Part shown: positions 1 to 10,778 of the stretch, in pieces
Layout: every line of letters starts with the position of its first letter
How positions within the stretch are numbered: the first letter of the stretch is position 1
NCBI RefSeq assembly: GCF_000219355.1
Contig: NC_015722.1
Location: forward strand, 150,001-182,000
DNA: 32,000 bases
Direction: 5' to 3'
From: Candidatus Midichloria mitochondrii IricVA
GTDB taxonomy: Bacteria; Pseudomonadota; Alphaproteobacteria; Rickettsiales; Midichloriaceae
Notes under the pieces: model-generated
Seen by the model: only the letters and a program-made list of their open reading frames with translations
What the model was told of the DNA's origin: nothing
Databases searched by the model: none
Translations under genes and position numbers: made by a program

Positions 1-175
1 TGCTACCTCTGCCAGATCCAGCCTACGTAACTTAAGCCAGAAGAACCGACTAAATTTCACTACCAGTTGGGGGCTCCCAATGCTTTCATATAGTGCTTAA
101 TGCCTACAAGGCCCTCCATAGCGCTGCATGATTTAACACATGATATCAGAGGCAACGGCACAGCCATACCGAATA

Positions 176-454
176 TCAAGATTTTTGCATTCGAATTGAC
201 TTAAGACTTAAGAAATCTAAGGCGGCTAGAGAATTTCTTTTCTGTTGTTTAGTAAAGATTACTTCGTTAGTTAAGTAATTTTTTCTGCATTTCACTTCAA
301 CAAATAAAAGGGAATGCGCCTGAATTGCAATAATATCTATCTCGCCAAACTTACCTTTCCATCTTTTTTTAATAATTTTATATCCCAAATCTATTAGATA
401 TCTCTCAACAAGCTCTTCAGCTTCTATACCAACTCTATAATTAGATTTTTGCAT
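176..454 (-). CDS. yraN: YraN-family (UPF0102) endonuclease-like protein
   Basis: 92-aa ORF. Strings GEIDIIA and LLFVEVKCR match the conserved GE(I/L)DLIA...VEVK core of the YraN family, though the ORF is somewhat shorter than many family members. Confidence 0.75.
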   Translation of the reverse strand: MQKSNYRVGIEAEELVERYLIDLGYKIIKKRWKGKFGEIDIIAIQAHSLLFVEVKCRKNYLTNEVIFTKQQKRNSLAALDFLSLKSIRMQKS

Positions 455-478
455 GTTGAGTAGGGTACTTTAGAAAAG

Positions 479-519
479 TAAAAATAGCCTACCGATGCTT
501 TAAAGCAAAGATAGGCTAT
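479..519 (-). terminator. Putative rho-independent terminator downstream of tlc
   Basis: The 8-bp stem ATAGCCTA (484-491) pairs with TAGGCTAT (512-519). The loop contains the internal palindrome GCTTTAAAGC. On the minus strand the hairpin is followed by a short T-run (plus-strand A-run 480-484). It lies 28 nt after the tlc stop. Confidence 0.4.
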
Positions 520-546
520 AAGTTTGGGTAAAACTATTTATTAGTA

Positions 547-2040
547 TTAGTCTCTTTTATTAACAAGCAAAGTATAGTCCTTATTTAAGCCTCTAACCGC
601 AAGTATCCAACAGATCATTAAGAATAAAAATATTCCGGTAAGTGTTGGAGTAATGGTTGAGAATGTTGCCATAGGGAAAAGCATAAATATAGAGGATTGG
701 ATTATAGCTCCGCCAGATTTGGCTAGCCTTCCTCCAACAACATCTACCGCTGCCTTACCTTTGCTTTTTAATTCGTCATCTAATGGAATAAACGCCATTT
801 CTTTTGTTGCATCAAACATAGTGTATTTTGTTGCCTTACTTAATACATTTTGTAGAGCACCTAAAAATACTGCGATGACTATTGGGCTCATTTTCATGAA
901 ATCTTCCATCCATGGCGCTAACTCTTTTTCAAAAATAACGAATGCAAAGAAACCTCCACCAGTTATTAAGATCATTAGAGGAGTAATAATTGCAGCGGTA
1001 AACCAGCGTACATTTTTTAAGATATTACTACCAAGGATCATAAATAGTATAGTGACAATTCCTGTCCACTGAATAAATTCTCCCATGAAGTGAGCATATT
1101 CATTTTGGGTTGGATAAAGCTCACGAATTTTTGCTTTCCAAGGTCCTTCTACCAAGTTAATAGTTGTTCCATAGCAAAGTACTAATAGTACTATGAAACC
1201 AAGGTATCTAGAATGGAATATCAACTTAATACTCTCTGAAACGGATAATTTTAGTTTCCTCTTTCCTTCGCCAGCTTTAGGAGTATAGTATCTCGGGTCA
1301 GTTAAAACATGTACATTCATCCATCTATATATGGCCATTACTAAAAGACCAGAAATAATTAGAGCGGCCATTGAAAATACGATAAGATCATTATCATTGC
1401 CAGCCTCTGTAGACATTTTGGAAAATTGTATCACGGCGTTACCCGCAAAAATTAGACCAACATTTCCTATCAAGCCAAACATAGAATAAAACCGTTTTGC
1501 TTCTTCGGTTTTGGTAATACGGTTGGCAAACTGCCAAAACATCAAGTTAATCATTGCAGCCCCCCAGAGCTCAGCAAAGATATAAAATAAAGCAAAGGAC
1601 CATCTACCTGCTAGCAGAATTAACCACTTCAGGTTTGGTAATTGATGTGCTAAATTTTTAATCGTTTCAGGATCTGGATGAACAACATCACGATAAGGAT
1701 AAAGTACAATAGCAAAGATAGCAAAAAATACTATAAAGAAGGAAGTTACAGCGTAGAACAATTTTTCATAGTCCATTACATTGCTTAACTTCATATAAAT
1801 TATAGTAAAAAGTATCGCTGATGGAAGAACACACCACAACTTAACGAAACTTATAACTTCGGCTCCTAAGTTTGGTATAACTAAACTGTCTTTTAGGGGC
1901 CTTAATGTACTAAAATTAAACAATATAAAAAACATCATTAATGTCATCGGGATAAATTTTTTCGCCTCTGACATTTTAATAGGACAAAGCATTTGCCAGA
2001 GCCGCAGCAATATACCTTCTTCTTTTTTATTTTGATTCAT
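547..2040 (-). CDS. tlc: ATP/ADP translocase (Tlc/NTT nucleotide transporter family)
   Basis: 497-aa polytopic membrane ORF. The N-terminal KKFIPMTLMMFFILFNFSTLRPLKDSLV resembles the conserved Tlc N-terminus of Rickettsia/Chlamydia transporters. Length and multi-TM character fit the family. Confidence 0.92.
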   Translation of the reverse strand: MNQNKKEEGILLRLWQMLCPIKMSEAKKFIPMTLMMFFILFNFSTLRPLKDSLVIPNLGAEVISFVKLWCVLPSAILFTIIYMKLSNVMDYEKLFYAVTSFFIVFFAIFAIVLYPYRDVVHPDPETIKNLAHQLPNLKWLILLAGRWSFALFYIFAELWGAAMINLMFWQFANRITKTEEAKRFYSMFGLIGNVGLIFAGNAVIQFSKMSTEAGNDNDLIVFSMAALIISGLLVMAIYRWMNVHVLTDPRYYTPKAGEGKRKLKLSVSESIKLIFHSRYLGFIVLLVLCYGTTINLVEGPWKAKIRELYPTQNEYAHFMGEFIQWTGIVTILFMILGSNILKNVRWFTAAIITPLMILITGGGFFAFVIFEKELAPWMEDFMKMSPIVIAVFLGALQNVLSKATKYTMFDATKEMAFIPLDDELKSKGKAAVDVVGGRLAKSGGAIIQSSIFMLFPMATFSTITPTLTGIFLFLMICWILAVRGLNKDYTLLVNKRD

Positions 2041-2153
2041 AATTCTCTCACACAGTTAAAAAAATCGTGCGAATTATACTGCAATTACAAAATATGTCAC
2101 GATATTTTATAGTAATAAAGAACGATGGTTTAATAAGTTAAATTTAGTTACTA

Positions 2154-3812
2154 CTATTTTATTATGTGTACCGCGATTTCTGGGAATTTATTTAATTCCT
2201 TTTTTATAATTTTTTTAACAAAACTAACAACTCGTTTTTCTATGTCAGAGTTGATCTCATTATTAATAGAAAGACTAGCTATTTCTTCCTCTATAGTTTT
2301 TATTAATTCCCTATCATCGGTTTTATCTAGTAGTCCAGTGGCTGAAACGTGGGCTTCTAATATCTCAGATCTTTTTCCTTTTGCTAAAAGGTTGAGAGTG
2401 ACGAATACAGCTCCATTATCTCGTATTTTGAGGCGAGATTTAATTACTGGACTAGCTCCATCTAGAATACTTTCTCCATCTATTAGCATATAGCCCGCTT
2501 CAACTCGCCCAATCTTTTCAGGTCCCTCTTCGCTTAGTTTTAATACCTCTCCATTAGTAACCTCTATTGAATATCTGCATCCATTCTGTTTGGCGAACTT
2601 AGCGTGAGCATGTATGTGAACTGCTTCTCCGTGCACTGGAATTGCTATTTTGGGCTTTAAATACTTGTACATCATAGCGACTTCTTCCTGACCAGGGTGG
2701 CCGGAAACATGCACAAAACGATCTCTTTCGGTTAAAACTTCCACTCCCATTTTGCAAAATTTATTAAATAAGTCAAAAATTTTTCTATCATTGCCAGGAA
2801 TTATTTTGGAAGAAAAGATAATAGTGTCGCCAGGTATTAGCTTTAGAAATTGATGAGAATTATTGGCGAGCTTACTAACAGCAGCTAAAGGTTCTCCTTG
2901 GCAACCAGTTGAAATAATGAGTATTTCTTCTCTACTTAAGCCTTGAATTCCTTTTTCATCCAAGAATTCATCTATATCATCTAAATAGCCACAATCCCTT
3001 GCGGCTCTATACATACGCCATAAAGAACGGCCTGTTAGAGTAACTCTTCTTTTGGCTTTTTTAGCAGCCTTTGCGATAGAATAAAGCCTGGCTGCATTAG
3101 AGGCAAAAGTTGTGACTACTACCATACCCTCTTTACAATCGCTGATTAAGGTGGCGAGGCTTTTTTCTAAGTCACCTTCTGAGCCAGATCTGCCTTCATT
3201 GAAAATATTGGTGGAATCACCAATCACAGCTAAAACTCCTTCTTTGCCCAGTTCTTTTAAGCGTTTTTCATCAGTTAATTCGCCCAAAGTAGGATTGTCA
3301 TCGATTTTCCAATCTCCGGTATGGAAAATGTTACCGGCTTTTGTTCGAATCATAATCCCATTATTTTCTAATATGGAATGGGTAATATTAATAAGCTCTA
3401 TATTGAAGGGGCCTATATCAATCTTGCTATTATTTTTGAGTATATGAATTGGGGCTTTACCACTTAGTCCATGCTCATTTAGTTTGGCTTTTAAAACAGT
3501 GGCGGTGAAATTACTGGTATAAATTGGAATCTGAATTTCAGACCACAGGTATGGTACCGCGCCTATATGATCTTCATGTGCATGAGTTAGAAGTATACCA
3601 ACTATGTCCTTGCGTTTCTCTATTAGAAAATTAATATTTGGTACTATAATTTCGACTCCAGGAAAATGGTTGTCTGCAAATCCTATACCCATATCAACTA
3701 TGAGCCATTTGCCTTTATAATGGTATACGTTGAGGTTCATTCCTACTTCTCCAGAGCCACCTAGAGGAAGAAAAAGCAGTTCCTTTTTTAATTCCTTAAA
3801 ATTTAAATTCAT
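2154..3812 (-). CDS. rnj: Ribonuclease J (metallo-beta-lactamase / beta-CASP family)
   Basis: 552-aa ORF with the HxHxDH motif (THAHEDHIG). Length and C-terminal domain layout are typical of RNase J. Confidence 0.9.
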   Translation of the reverse strand: MNLNFKELKKELLFLPLGGSGEVGMNLNVYHYKGKWLIVDMGIGFADNHFPGVEIIVPNINFLIEKRKDIVGILLTHAHEDHIGAVPYLWSEIQIPIYTSNFTATVLKAKLNEHGLSGKAPIHILKNNSKIDIGPFNIELINITHSILENNGIMIRTKAGNIFHTGDWKIDDNPTLGELTDEKRLKELGKEGVLAVIGDSTNIFNEGRSGSEGDLEKSLATLISDCKEGMVVVTTFASNAARLYSIAKAAKKAKRRVTLTGRSLWRMYRAARDCGYLDDIDEFLDEKGIQGLSREEILIISTGCQGEPLAAVSKLANNSHQFLKLIPGDTIIFSSKIIPGNDRKIFDLFNKFCKMGVEVLTERDRFVHVSGHPGQEEVAMMYKYLKPKIAIPVHGEAVHIHAHAKFAKQNGCRYSIEVTNGEVLKLSEEGPEKIGRVEAGYMLIDGESILDGASPVIKSRLKIRDNGAVFVTLNLLAKGKRSEILEAHVSATGLLDKTDDRELIKTIEEEIASLSINNEINSDIEKRVVSFVKKIIKKELNKFPEIAVHIIK

Positions 3813-3823
3813 TTATTTGATGA

Positions 3824-4876
<1,053 letters not shown>

Positions 4877-4953
4877 TTATATTTATACGATTTTCTAAGC
4901 TAAAAAACATTTTTTGGCAATTTATTTTTCCATTAGATAGAATTAACTCAATT

Positions 4954-6087
4954 CTAAAACAATAAATTGATGATGCTGTTTAAGACCAATAGTCCTCTTT
5001 TGGTGGCCGATACTCGGCCATTTTTTATCTTTAAGAGATTTTCTACTGTCATTTTATTAATTCTACTCTGAAGTGTTTCATCATTTTTAAATTCGTCAAA
5101 AAGTATTCCGTCAACTAGTCTAAGTCCCATAATCAATTTTTCTTTCGTTTGATCATCGGCGGTTAATAATTCTTTACTTTGGTATGGAAATTGTTTTTTT
5201 GAAGCTAACTCTATCCATTTTTCAGGCATATGCACATTTACCGTGGCAAATTTCTCACCATTTATGGATATTCTCCCATGGGCTCCTGGACCAATTCCTA
5301 AGTAATTGTTGTACTGCCAGTAAACTAGATTATGCTGACAATAGAAGGGATTCCGTGCATAATTAGAAATTTCATATTGCTTAAAATTATTTTTGGCTAG
5401 TATATTATTGGTAATGCTATATAAATCAGCCGCTAACTCTTCTTGGGGGAGATGAAATTTTTTTAAGGTGTAATCTTTAAAAAATTTTGTTCCCTTTTCA
5501 ATAGTTAATTGATAAAGAGAGATGTGATATTTGGCATATTCTAAAGCTGAATTGAGTTCTTCGGCCCAATTTTCTTCAGTATGCCAGGGCAGGGCGTAGA
5601 TCATATCAAATGAATAGTTTTTGAAAGCTTTATCTGCATGCTCAATAGACTTTTTTGCCGCTGATGCATTATGTTTTCTACCTAAAAATCTTAAGGCCTT
5701 ATCATCAAAACTTTGTACGCCGATGGATACTCTGTTAATTCCAGCACGTGCAAATTCAATGAATTTCATAGTTTCTGAAGAACCAGGATTAGCCTCGATT
5801 GTAATTTCAGTGTGATTATCAATTATCCCAATGGAATTTGTAAATTCTAAAATACTAGCAAACATTTTAGGAGAAGCTAAGGATGGAGTGCCGCCGCCAA
5901 AAAAGATACTTTTAATTTTTTTAGCCGAGACAATATCCTTATATAGAGATATTTCTTGTAAATAACATTGTAGTACCATCTCTTCGTCTATTAATTCTCT
6001 GACATGACTATTAAAGTCACAATAGGGACACTTTGATTCACAAAATGGCCAGTGTACGTATATTGATACTTTTTTATTATCAGACAA
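4954..6087 (-). CDS. hemW: Radical-SAM heme chaperone HemW (HemN-like)
   Basis: 377-aa ORF with the radical-SAM cluster CESKCPYCDF followed by FFGGGTPS. Its length is typical of HemW rather than full HemN. Confidence 0.87.
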   Translation of the reverse strand: MSDNKKVSIYVHWPFCESKCPYCDFNSHVRELIDEEMVLQCYLQEISLYKDIVSAKKIKSIFFGGGTPSLASPKMFASILEFTNSIGIIDNHTEITIEANPGSSETMKFIEFARAGINRVSIGVQSFDDKALRFLGRKHNASAAKKSIEHADKAFKNYSFDMIYALPWHTEENWAEELNSALEYAKYHISLYQLTIEKGTKFFKDYTLKKFHLPQEELAADLYSITNNILAKNNFKQYEISNYARNPFYCQHNLVYWQYNNYLGIGPGAHGRISINGEKFATVNVHMPEKWIELASKKQFPYQSKELLTADDQTKEKLIMGLRLVDGILFDEFKNDETLQSRINKMTVENLLKIKNGRVSATKRGLLVLNSIINLLF

Positions 6088-6093
6088 GTTACT

Positions 6094-6420
6094 CTATATA
6101 GAAAAGGAATTACCACAACCGCATTTAGCTGAGGTATTAGGGTTTTTTACTACGAATCCAGCACCACCTAAATCTTCATGATAATCCAGTACGCTATTCA
6201 CAAGAAGAGTTAAGGATAATTCATCAATCACTATTAGACCATTAGCAAAAAACTTATCGGTTTTTGCAAGGTTGCTATCAAACTTATAATCATATTTAAA
6301 ACCAGAACAACCTCCTCCTAGAACTCTAATCCGAAACCGAGACTCAGGAGCTTCAGTGACTAGGAGTTCTTTTATTTTATGCTCTGCATTTTGAGTTATA
6401 GTAAAGTTCTGATCTAGCAT
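6094..6420 (-). CDS. erpA: Iron-sulfur cluster insertion protein, HesB/IscA/ErpA family
   Basis: 108-aa ORF with GGGCSGF and a C-terminal CGCGNSFSI, the A-type carrier cysteine signature. Confidence 0.82.
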   Translation of the reverse strand: MLDQNFTITQNAEHKIKELLVTEAPESRFRIRVLGGGCSGFKYDYKFDSNLAKTDKFFANGLIVIDELSLTLLVNSVLDYHEDLGGAGFVVKNPNTSAKCGCGNSFSI

Positions 6421-6439
6421 ATAGGTACTTATTGTAAGG

Positions 6440-6523
6440 TGGTGCGGCTGAAAAGACTTGAACTTTCAATCCTCTCGGAACAACGACCTCAACGTTGCGT
6501 GTCTACCATTCCACCACAGCCGC
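6440..6523 (-). tRNA. tRNA-Leu (anticodon GAG), CCA encoded
   Basis: The reverse complement reads GCGGCTG-TG-GTGGAATGGTAGACAC-G-CAACG-TTGAGGT-CGTTG-long variable arm-GAAAGTTCAAGTCTTTT-CAGCCGC-A-CCA. It has a 7-bp acceptor stem, a 5-bp anticodon stem, a 7-nt loop with GAG at positions 34-36, and a type II long variable arm. Confidence 0.93.
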
Positions 6524-6607
6524 ATATAATTTTCACTGAAAAATTAGTTTCGCCAATCATTATAACAATAAACAACAATTTTGACAAACAAAAGTCCATT
6601 ATTGAAT

Positions 6608-7421
6608 GGGCAATGCCTGGTAATTATAACGGCAATAAGAGGGTATGATATCTTCGTAGTAGAATGGGTGGAGTAGGAAATGACAATCAAGTGTAAATAT
6701 TGCGGCTCTAGCGAGCAGGTGAAGAATGGTGTGGTACATTGTGGACAGCAAGAGGTAAATAGGTGCAAGAATTGCAAAAAGAATTACCGAGAAGGTGATA
6801 AGCGGCAGAATACACTATGAATGATAGACTTAAAACCTAACCTTGAGGACTGCGGGATTAGGACGATAGAGAGACTGACTGGAATCCATAACAGCCAAAT
6901 ATCTTCATGGATCGAAGGACGGGGGGCGCTATGTGCAAGAAAAGTTAGATAAGAGCTTGCAACAGCACAAAGTCACTTAAGGATATCGAGGTCCTAGAGA
7001 TTGACGAGCTGTGCACATATATAAAAAAAGACCAAAGAATGGAAGTGGGAGTACACCTTTATATTGATTGCTGTTGATAGAGGAGCGGGTGAAATTATTG
7101 ATTTTGAAGGTAGGTTGACGGGAGCAAGGCAACCCACCTGAACCTGTCATTTAGGCTTTGAGGAACGTTATAAATTGAGCATGTACAGATGATTACAGCG
7201 TTTACGAATACTATAAAATCTCCACGCACCGTCACAAAACAAAGGCTGAGACCCCATTGGTAGAATCAAAGAATTCTTTAAGAGGCATTATCTAGCTAGT
7301 TTTAATCGAAGAACGAAGCGCTACAGCAAATTCCTGAGGATGCTTTGCGCTACTCTTACCCTCTTCTTCCATAGGCATTTGACGGATTTGAAACTTCTAC
7401 CTATAAATATTAGACAATGCC
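6608..7421 (+). mobile_element. Decayed IS1-family insertion sequence, copy A (~814 bp)
   Basis: Left end is GGGCAATGCCTGGTAATTATA (6608-6628). The reverse complement of the right end is GGCATTGTCTAATATTTATAG (7401-7421). These are imperfect terminal inverted repeats, about 15 of 20 matching when offset by one G. The size fits IS1. The internal coding is IS1-like but broken. A second copy sits at 21397-22208 in the opposite orientation. Confidence 0.85.
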
Positions 7422-7426
7422 AGTGA
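6680..7426 (+). pseudogene. IS1-family transposase (InsA/InsB-like), inactivated by stops and frameshifts
   Basis: Frame 1 gives the zinc-finger start MTIKCKYCGSSEQVKNGVVHCGQQEVNRCKNCKKNY..., then a stop. Other frames give an HTH-like GIRTIERLTGIHNSQISSWI. DDE-region strings are LEIDELCTYIKK, KEWKWEYTFILIAVDRGAGEIIDFEGR, TDDYSVYEYYKISTHRHKTKAETPLVESKNSLR and LASFNRRTKRYSKFLRML. These parallel the IS1 InsAB' order but need several frame changes. Confidence 0.8.
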
Positions 7427-7455
7427 ATAGAGCTGCATTGATGACTTTAAAGATA

Positions 7456-8316
7456 CTAAATCCAAACCCGATCTTGCCAAATCAACCAATTTGGATGCTC
7501 TTTAATAAGATTGTTTTTGGCAAGTTCTGCTAAATTTGCATTGTCAAAAATAGCAAAATAAGTTGGCCCACTTCCAGACATTCTTACTACTCTCACATTT
7601 TTTTGCTCTCTTAATGCAGTTTTTACCTCGATTAAGTCTTTACACATCTCCAGAGCTATCTCTTCTAGATCATTTCTGCCCTTGAAAATCAGTTCATAGA
7701 GATTCTCCCTATCAAGAAGAGGAGAGTATTTTTTCACTAGACAATAAATGTCTTTTGCTAGAATTTCATATCCGGGATTTATTAGAACTAAATCAAGCTT
7801 ACGACCCAACTCCAGAGGCTCACTTATTTTCTCTCCAATACCAGTAACAAACGCAGCTTTATCTTGTAAACAAAAAGGAGCGTCTGCCCCAATACTAAGC
7901 GCTATTTCGCTTAAATCCTTTTTATTAATCTTGATATTCCAAATCTTGACTAGTAATTTAAGAACAGCAGCTGCATCTGCGGAACCGCCTCCTAGACCTG
8001 CACCTATTGGAATACGTTTGTTTATAGTAATATTAGCGCCAAGTATAGTGTTGCTCGGGAAGGCTAACTTCTGTGATAAGTCTAAATTAACAAAGTCTTT
8101 TAACTTCTCTGCCGCTCTTATTGCAATATTGGTTCCATTTATTGCGTGACCAATAGTATTACAAATTAACTCGTTATACTGTTGCACAGTAACCGTATCA
8201 TGCACTTTAAGCCTAGCAAAAAGGCTTTCTAACAAATGATAGCTATCCCCTCTTTGGCCAACTATATGCAAAAACAAATTAATCTTTGCATGAGCTGACC
8301 TTTGCAGTATTTGCAT
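7456..8316 (-). CDS. ispE: 4-diphosphocytidyl-2-C-methyl-D-erythritol kinase (MEP pathway)
   Basis: 286-aa ORF with an AKINLFLHIVGQR start region and the GHMP-kinase motif PIGAGLGGGSADAAA. Its ATG overlaps the rho stop (TAATG). Confidence 0.9.
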   Translation of the reverse strand: MQILQRSAHAKINLFLHIVGQRGDSYHLLESLFARLKVHDTVTVQQYNELICNTIGHAINGTNIAIRAAEKLKDFVNLDLSQKLAFPSNTILGANITINKRIPIGAGLGGGSADAAAVLKLLVKIWNIKINKKDLSEIALSIGADAPFCLQDKAAFVTGIGEKISEPLELGRKLDLVLINPGYEILAKDIYCLVKKYSPLLDRENLYELIFKGRNDLEEIALEMCKDLIEVKTALREQKNVRVVRMSGSGPTYFAIFDNANLAELAKNNLIKEHPNWLIWQDRVWI

Positions 8317-9920
8317 TAAAAATTATTATTTTTAACTTTCGGAGGATTATAAGTATTCATTTGCTCGAAGAAGTCATCATTTGATTTAGAGTATTTTAAT
8401 TTATCTATTAAAAATTCTACTGCTTCTGTTGTACCCATTGGATTTAAAATACGACGCAAGACCCACATCTTAGTTAATGTGACCTTATCTACAAGTAGAT
8501 CTTCTTTCCTGGTTCCAGATTTAGAGATATCAATAGCAGGAAATACCCTTTTATCAGCGATTCTTCTATCCAAGACAATTTCAGAGTTACCAGTACCCTT
8601 GAATTCCTCAAATATAACTTCATCCATTCTAGATCCAGTTTCAATTAATGCGGTCGCAATAATTGTTAATGAACCCCCTTCTTCTATATTACGTGCAGCT
8701 CCAAAAAATCTTTTTGGTCTTTGTAGTGCATTAGAATCAACACCACCACTTAAAACCTTACCTGAAGAAGGGGCAATGTTATTATAAGCACGAGCTAATC
8801 TGGTTATGGAGTCAAGCAAGATTACTACGTCTTTTTTTGATTCAACTAACCTTTTAGCTTTTTCTATAACCATTTCTGCAAGCTGTACGTGCCTATTAGA
8901 AGGCTCATCAAATGTTGAGCTTACAACTTCACCACACACTGAGCGAGACATATCAGTTACTTCTTCCGGTCTTTCGTCAATTAGCAATACGAGCAAATAA
9001 ATATCTGGGTAGTTTGTGGTGATTGAGTGCGCAATATTTTGCATTAGTATGGTTTTTCCAGTTCTAGGTGGTGCCACAACTAATGCTCTTTGGCCTCTTC
9101 CAATAGGAGCAACTATATCTATAATTCGCGCACTCAATTCCTTTAAACCGGTTTCACTACTAGTTTCTAAAACGATTCTTTTATTAGGATAAAGTGGAAC
9201 GAGATCGTCAAAGTGCATACGATGCCTACTTTTGATGGCTTCGGCACCATTAATCTGATTTACGTCAGTTAAGGCGAAGTAACGTTCTCCTTTCTTAGGA
9301 GACCTGATCGGACCAATAATTGTATCGCCAGTTCTAAGTAGAAACCTTCTTATTTGATTGGGAGCAACATATATGTCGTCAGGTCCAGGGACATAATTAG
9401 CTTCACTTGAACGCAGAAACCCATAACCGTCCTGTAGGATTTCTAGCACACCTTCTCCAACTATAATTCCGCCTTTGTCCGCTAGGCATTTAAGTATAGC
9501 AAAAACTAAGTCATGTTTTTGAAAGTTGCTAGGATTATCAATTGCAAGTGATTCGGCAAGTTCCATCAATTCTTCTATGTTCTTACGCTTTAGGTCCTTA
9601 AGATGAAAAGCCATAGCGGGTATGTTTGAGTGTTGCTCTGGTTCATCTTTTTTGTCCGAATCTAAGTCAGACAAGGATTCTGAATCAGTTTCTTGCACAT
9701 TCTCTTTATCAGATTTGATTAACTCTTGGCTAACTTCGGCATTCTCTTTTTTTCTTCTAAAATTTTTTCTAGAGAAATTCCTACTTTTTGTAGGCTCATT
9801 TTGGGGTGGTGAAAGCTCAAAATCGGTGCCTTGTTCCGGTGTGCCATGACTACTTTGAGCGATTGTTTTGTTTATACCTAGTTTCTTTGGTTGCTCTAAA
9901 CTCATATTATCGTTGCTCAT
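8316..9920 (-). CDS. rho: Transcription termination factor Rho with extended N-terminus (start uncertain)
   Basis: Canonical Rho core: Walker [40 protein letters not shown], and an RNA-binding N-terminal domain starting near [23 protein letters not shown]. The frame stays open upstream to 10052. Candidate starts are 9920 (MSNDN), 9905 (MSLEQ) and 9614 (canonical length, 432 aa). Confidence 0.9.
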   Translation of the reverse strand: MSNDNMSLEQPKKLGINKTIAQSSHGTPEQGTDFELSPPQNEPTKSRNFSRKNFRRKKENAEVSQELIKSDKENVQETDSESLSDLDSDKKDEPEQHSNIPAMAFHLKDLKRKNIEELMELAESLAIDNPSNFQKHDLVFAILKCLADKGGIIVGEGVLEILQDGYGFLRSSEANYVPGPDDIYVAPNQIRRFLLRTGDTIIGPIRSPKKGERYFALTDVNQINGAEAIKSRHRMHFDDLVPLYPNKRIVLETSSETGLKELSARIIDIVAPIGRGQRALVVAPPRTGKTILMQNIAHSITTNYPDIYLLVLLIDERPEEVTDMSRSVCGEVVSSTFDEPSNRHVQLAEMVIEKAKRLVESKKDVVILLDSITRLARAYNNIAPSSGKVLSGGVDSNALQRPKRFFGAARNIEEGGSLTIIATALIETGSRMDEVIFEEFKGTGNSEIVLDRRIADKRVFPAIDISKSGTRKEDLLVDKVTLTKMWVLRRILNPMGTTEAVEFLIDKLKYSKSNDDFFEQMNTYNPPKVKNNNF

Positions 9921-10116
9921 TGAAAAATTTATAAAGGAATTAATTTGTTTAGGGAAAATAAGTTTAACACTTACATAACTGTGGATCCTGGTATTGAAAC
10001 AGCAGCTAACCCCTAAACTTAGAGGAAGAACCAAGCCTATACCTAAGAGCACGATCTAGATATAATATTTAATAATCGCAGTCAAATATTTTTTGTACAT
10101 ATAATGAAATTAAAAA

Positions 10117-10764
10117 TTACACTTCTTGTTTTAGCAAGTCTCTTATAAAAGCAGGTAAGCCGGTTCTTCTATTTTTTTTCAAGCGTTCTGCTCTTAATAT
10201 CGAAAGCAATTTATTAAAACTTTCATTTAGACCCTTATTAATTATAACATAATCATATTCATGCCAGTGACTTATTTCATCGTTGGCCCTTTCTTGCCTG
10301 AAGGCTGCCACTCCTTCTTCATCATGATGGCGTAACTTAAGTCGTTTGTAAAGTTCTTGTTTAGAAGGAGGGAGTATAAACACACTAGTAACATCTTCCC
10401 TTGTAGTTGCAACAAGGCGCCTATGTCCTTGCCAATCTATATCAAAGACTACATCTTCTCCCACCTCTAAAAATTTTTCTACTGCATCCTTGGGAGTACC
10501 ATAAAAATTACCAAAAATTTCAGCGTATTCCATGAATGCGTTATCCTTGACCATCTGTTTAAATTTAGCTGTATCTACAAAATGATAATCTTTGCCATCA
10601 ACTTCACCAGGACGTTTCTTTCTAGTGGTAACAGAAATCGAAGCTCTTAAATGCTGATCGTTTTCAATTAGTAATTTTGACAAAGTTGTTTTTCCTGCAC
10701 CAGAGGGGGCTGAAATAACCAACATTAATCCTCTGCGTTTTATATTATCTGATGATCCGTGCAT
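10117..10764 (-). CDS. gmk: Guanylate kinase
   Basis: 215-aa ORF with P-loop SAPSGAGKTTL and TTRKKRPGEVDGKDYHFV, typical of Gmk. Confidence 0.93.
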   Translation of the reverse strand: MHGSSDNIKRRGLMLVISAPSGAGKTTLSKLLIENDQHLRASISVTTRKKRPGEVDGKDYHFVDTAKFKQMVKDNAFMEYAEIFGNFYGTPKDAVEKFLEVGEDVVFDIDWQGHRRLVATTREDVTSVFILPPSKQELYKRLKLRHHDEEGVAAFRQERANDEISHWHEYDYVIINKGLNESFNKLLSILRAERLKKNRRTGLPAFIRDLLKQEV

Positions 10765-10778
10765 TACTAGTACTTGTT

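Noticed and set aside
653-1072. Shadow ORFs on the opposite strand inside strong genes: 653..1072, 2164..2493, 3112..3447, 4347..4577, 5184..5366, 5621..5815, 7748..8149, 8479..8787, 8806..9000, 9622..9849, 13778..13966, 15098..15328, 15556..15750, 17144..17353, 17565..17867, 24628..24906, 25944..26126, 27340..27591 and 29886..30080.
   Set aside because: Each lies fully within a longer ORF that has clear family motifs. Their compositions (Ser/Ile/Leu/Pro-rich) are typical of antisense translation, and I recognised no independent family resemblance in any of them.
6439-6648. 69-aa plus-strand ORF.
   Set aside because: It runs through the tRNA-Leu(GAG) gene and into the IS end. The tRNA fold explains the sequence.
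6544-6777. 77-aa ORF (minus strand) that is strikingly similar to the 66-aa ORF at 22044..22244 (plus strand), which suggests a conserved small protein family.
   Set aside because: Both are antisense to the IS1-like transposase frames. Their similarity simply reflects the two copies of the same IS DNA. The sense strand carries the recognisable, though broken, transposase.
9921-10052. First 44 codons of the tracked rho ORF ([19 protein letters not shown]...).
   Set aside because: This hydrophobic, Cys-containing sequence is unlike any Rho N-terminus and lies upstream of better Met candidates. It is probably just open frame, but the stop-free run is noted in the Rho finding.
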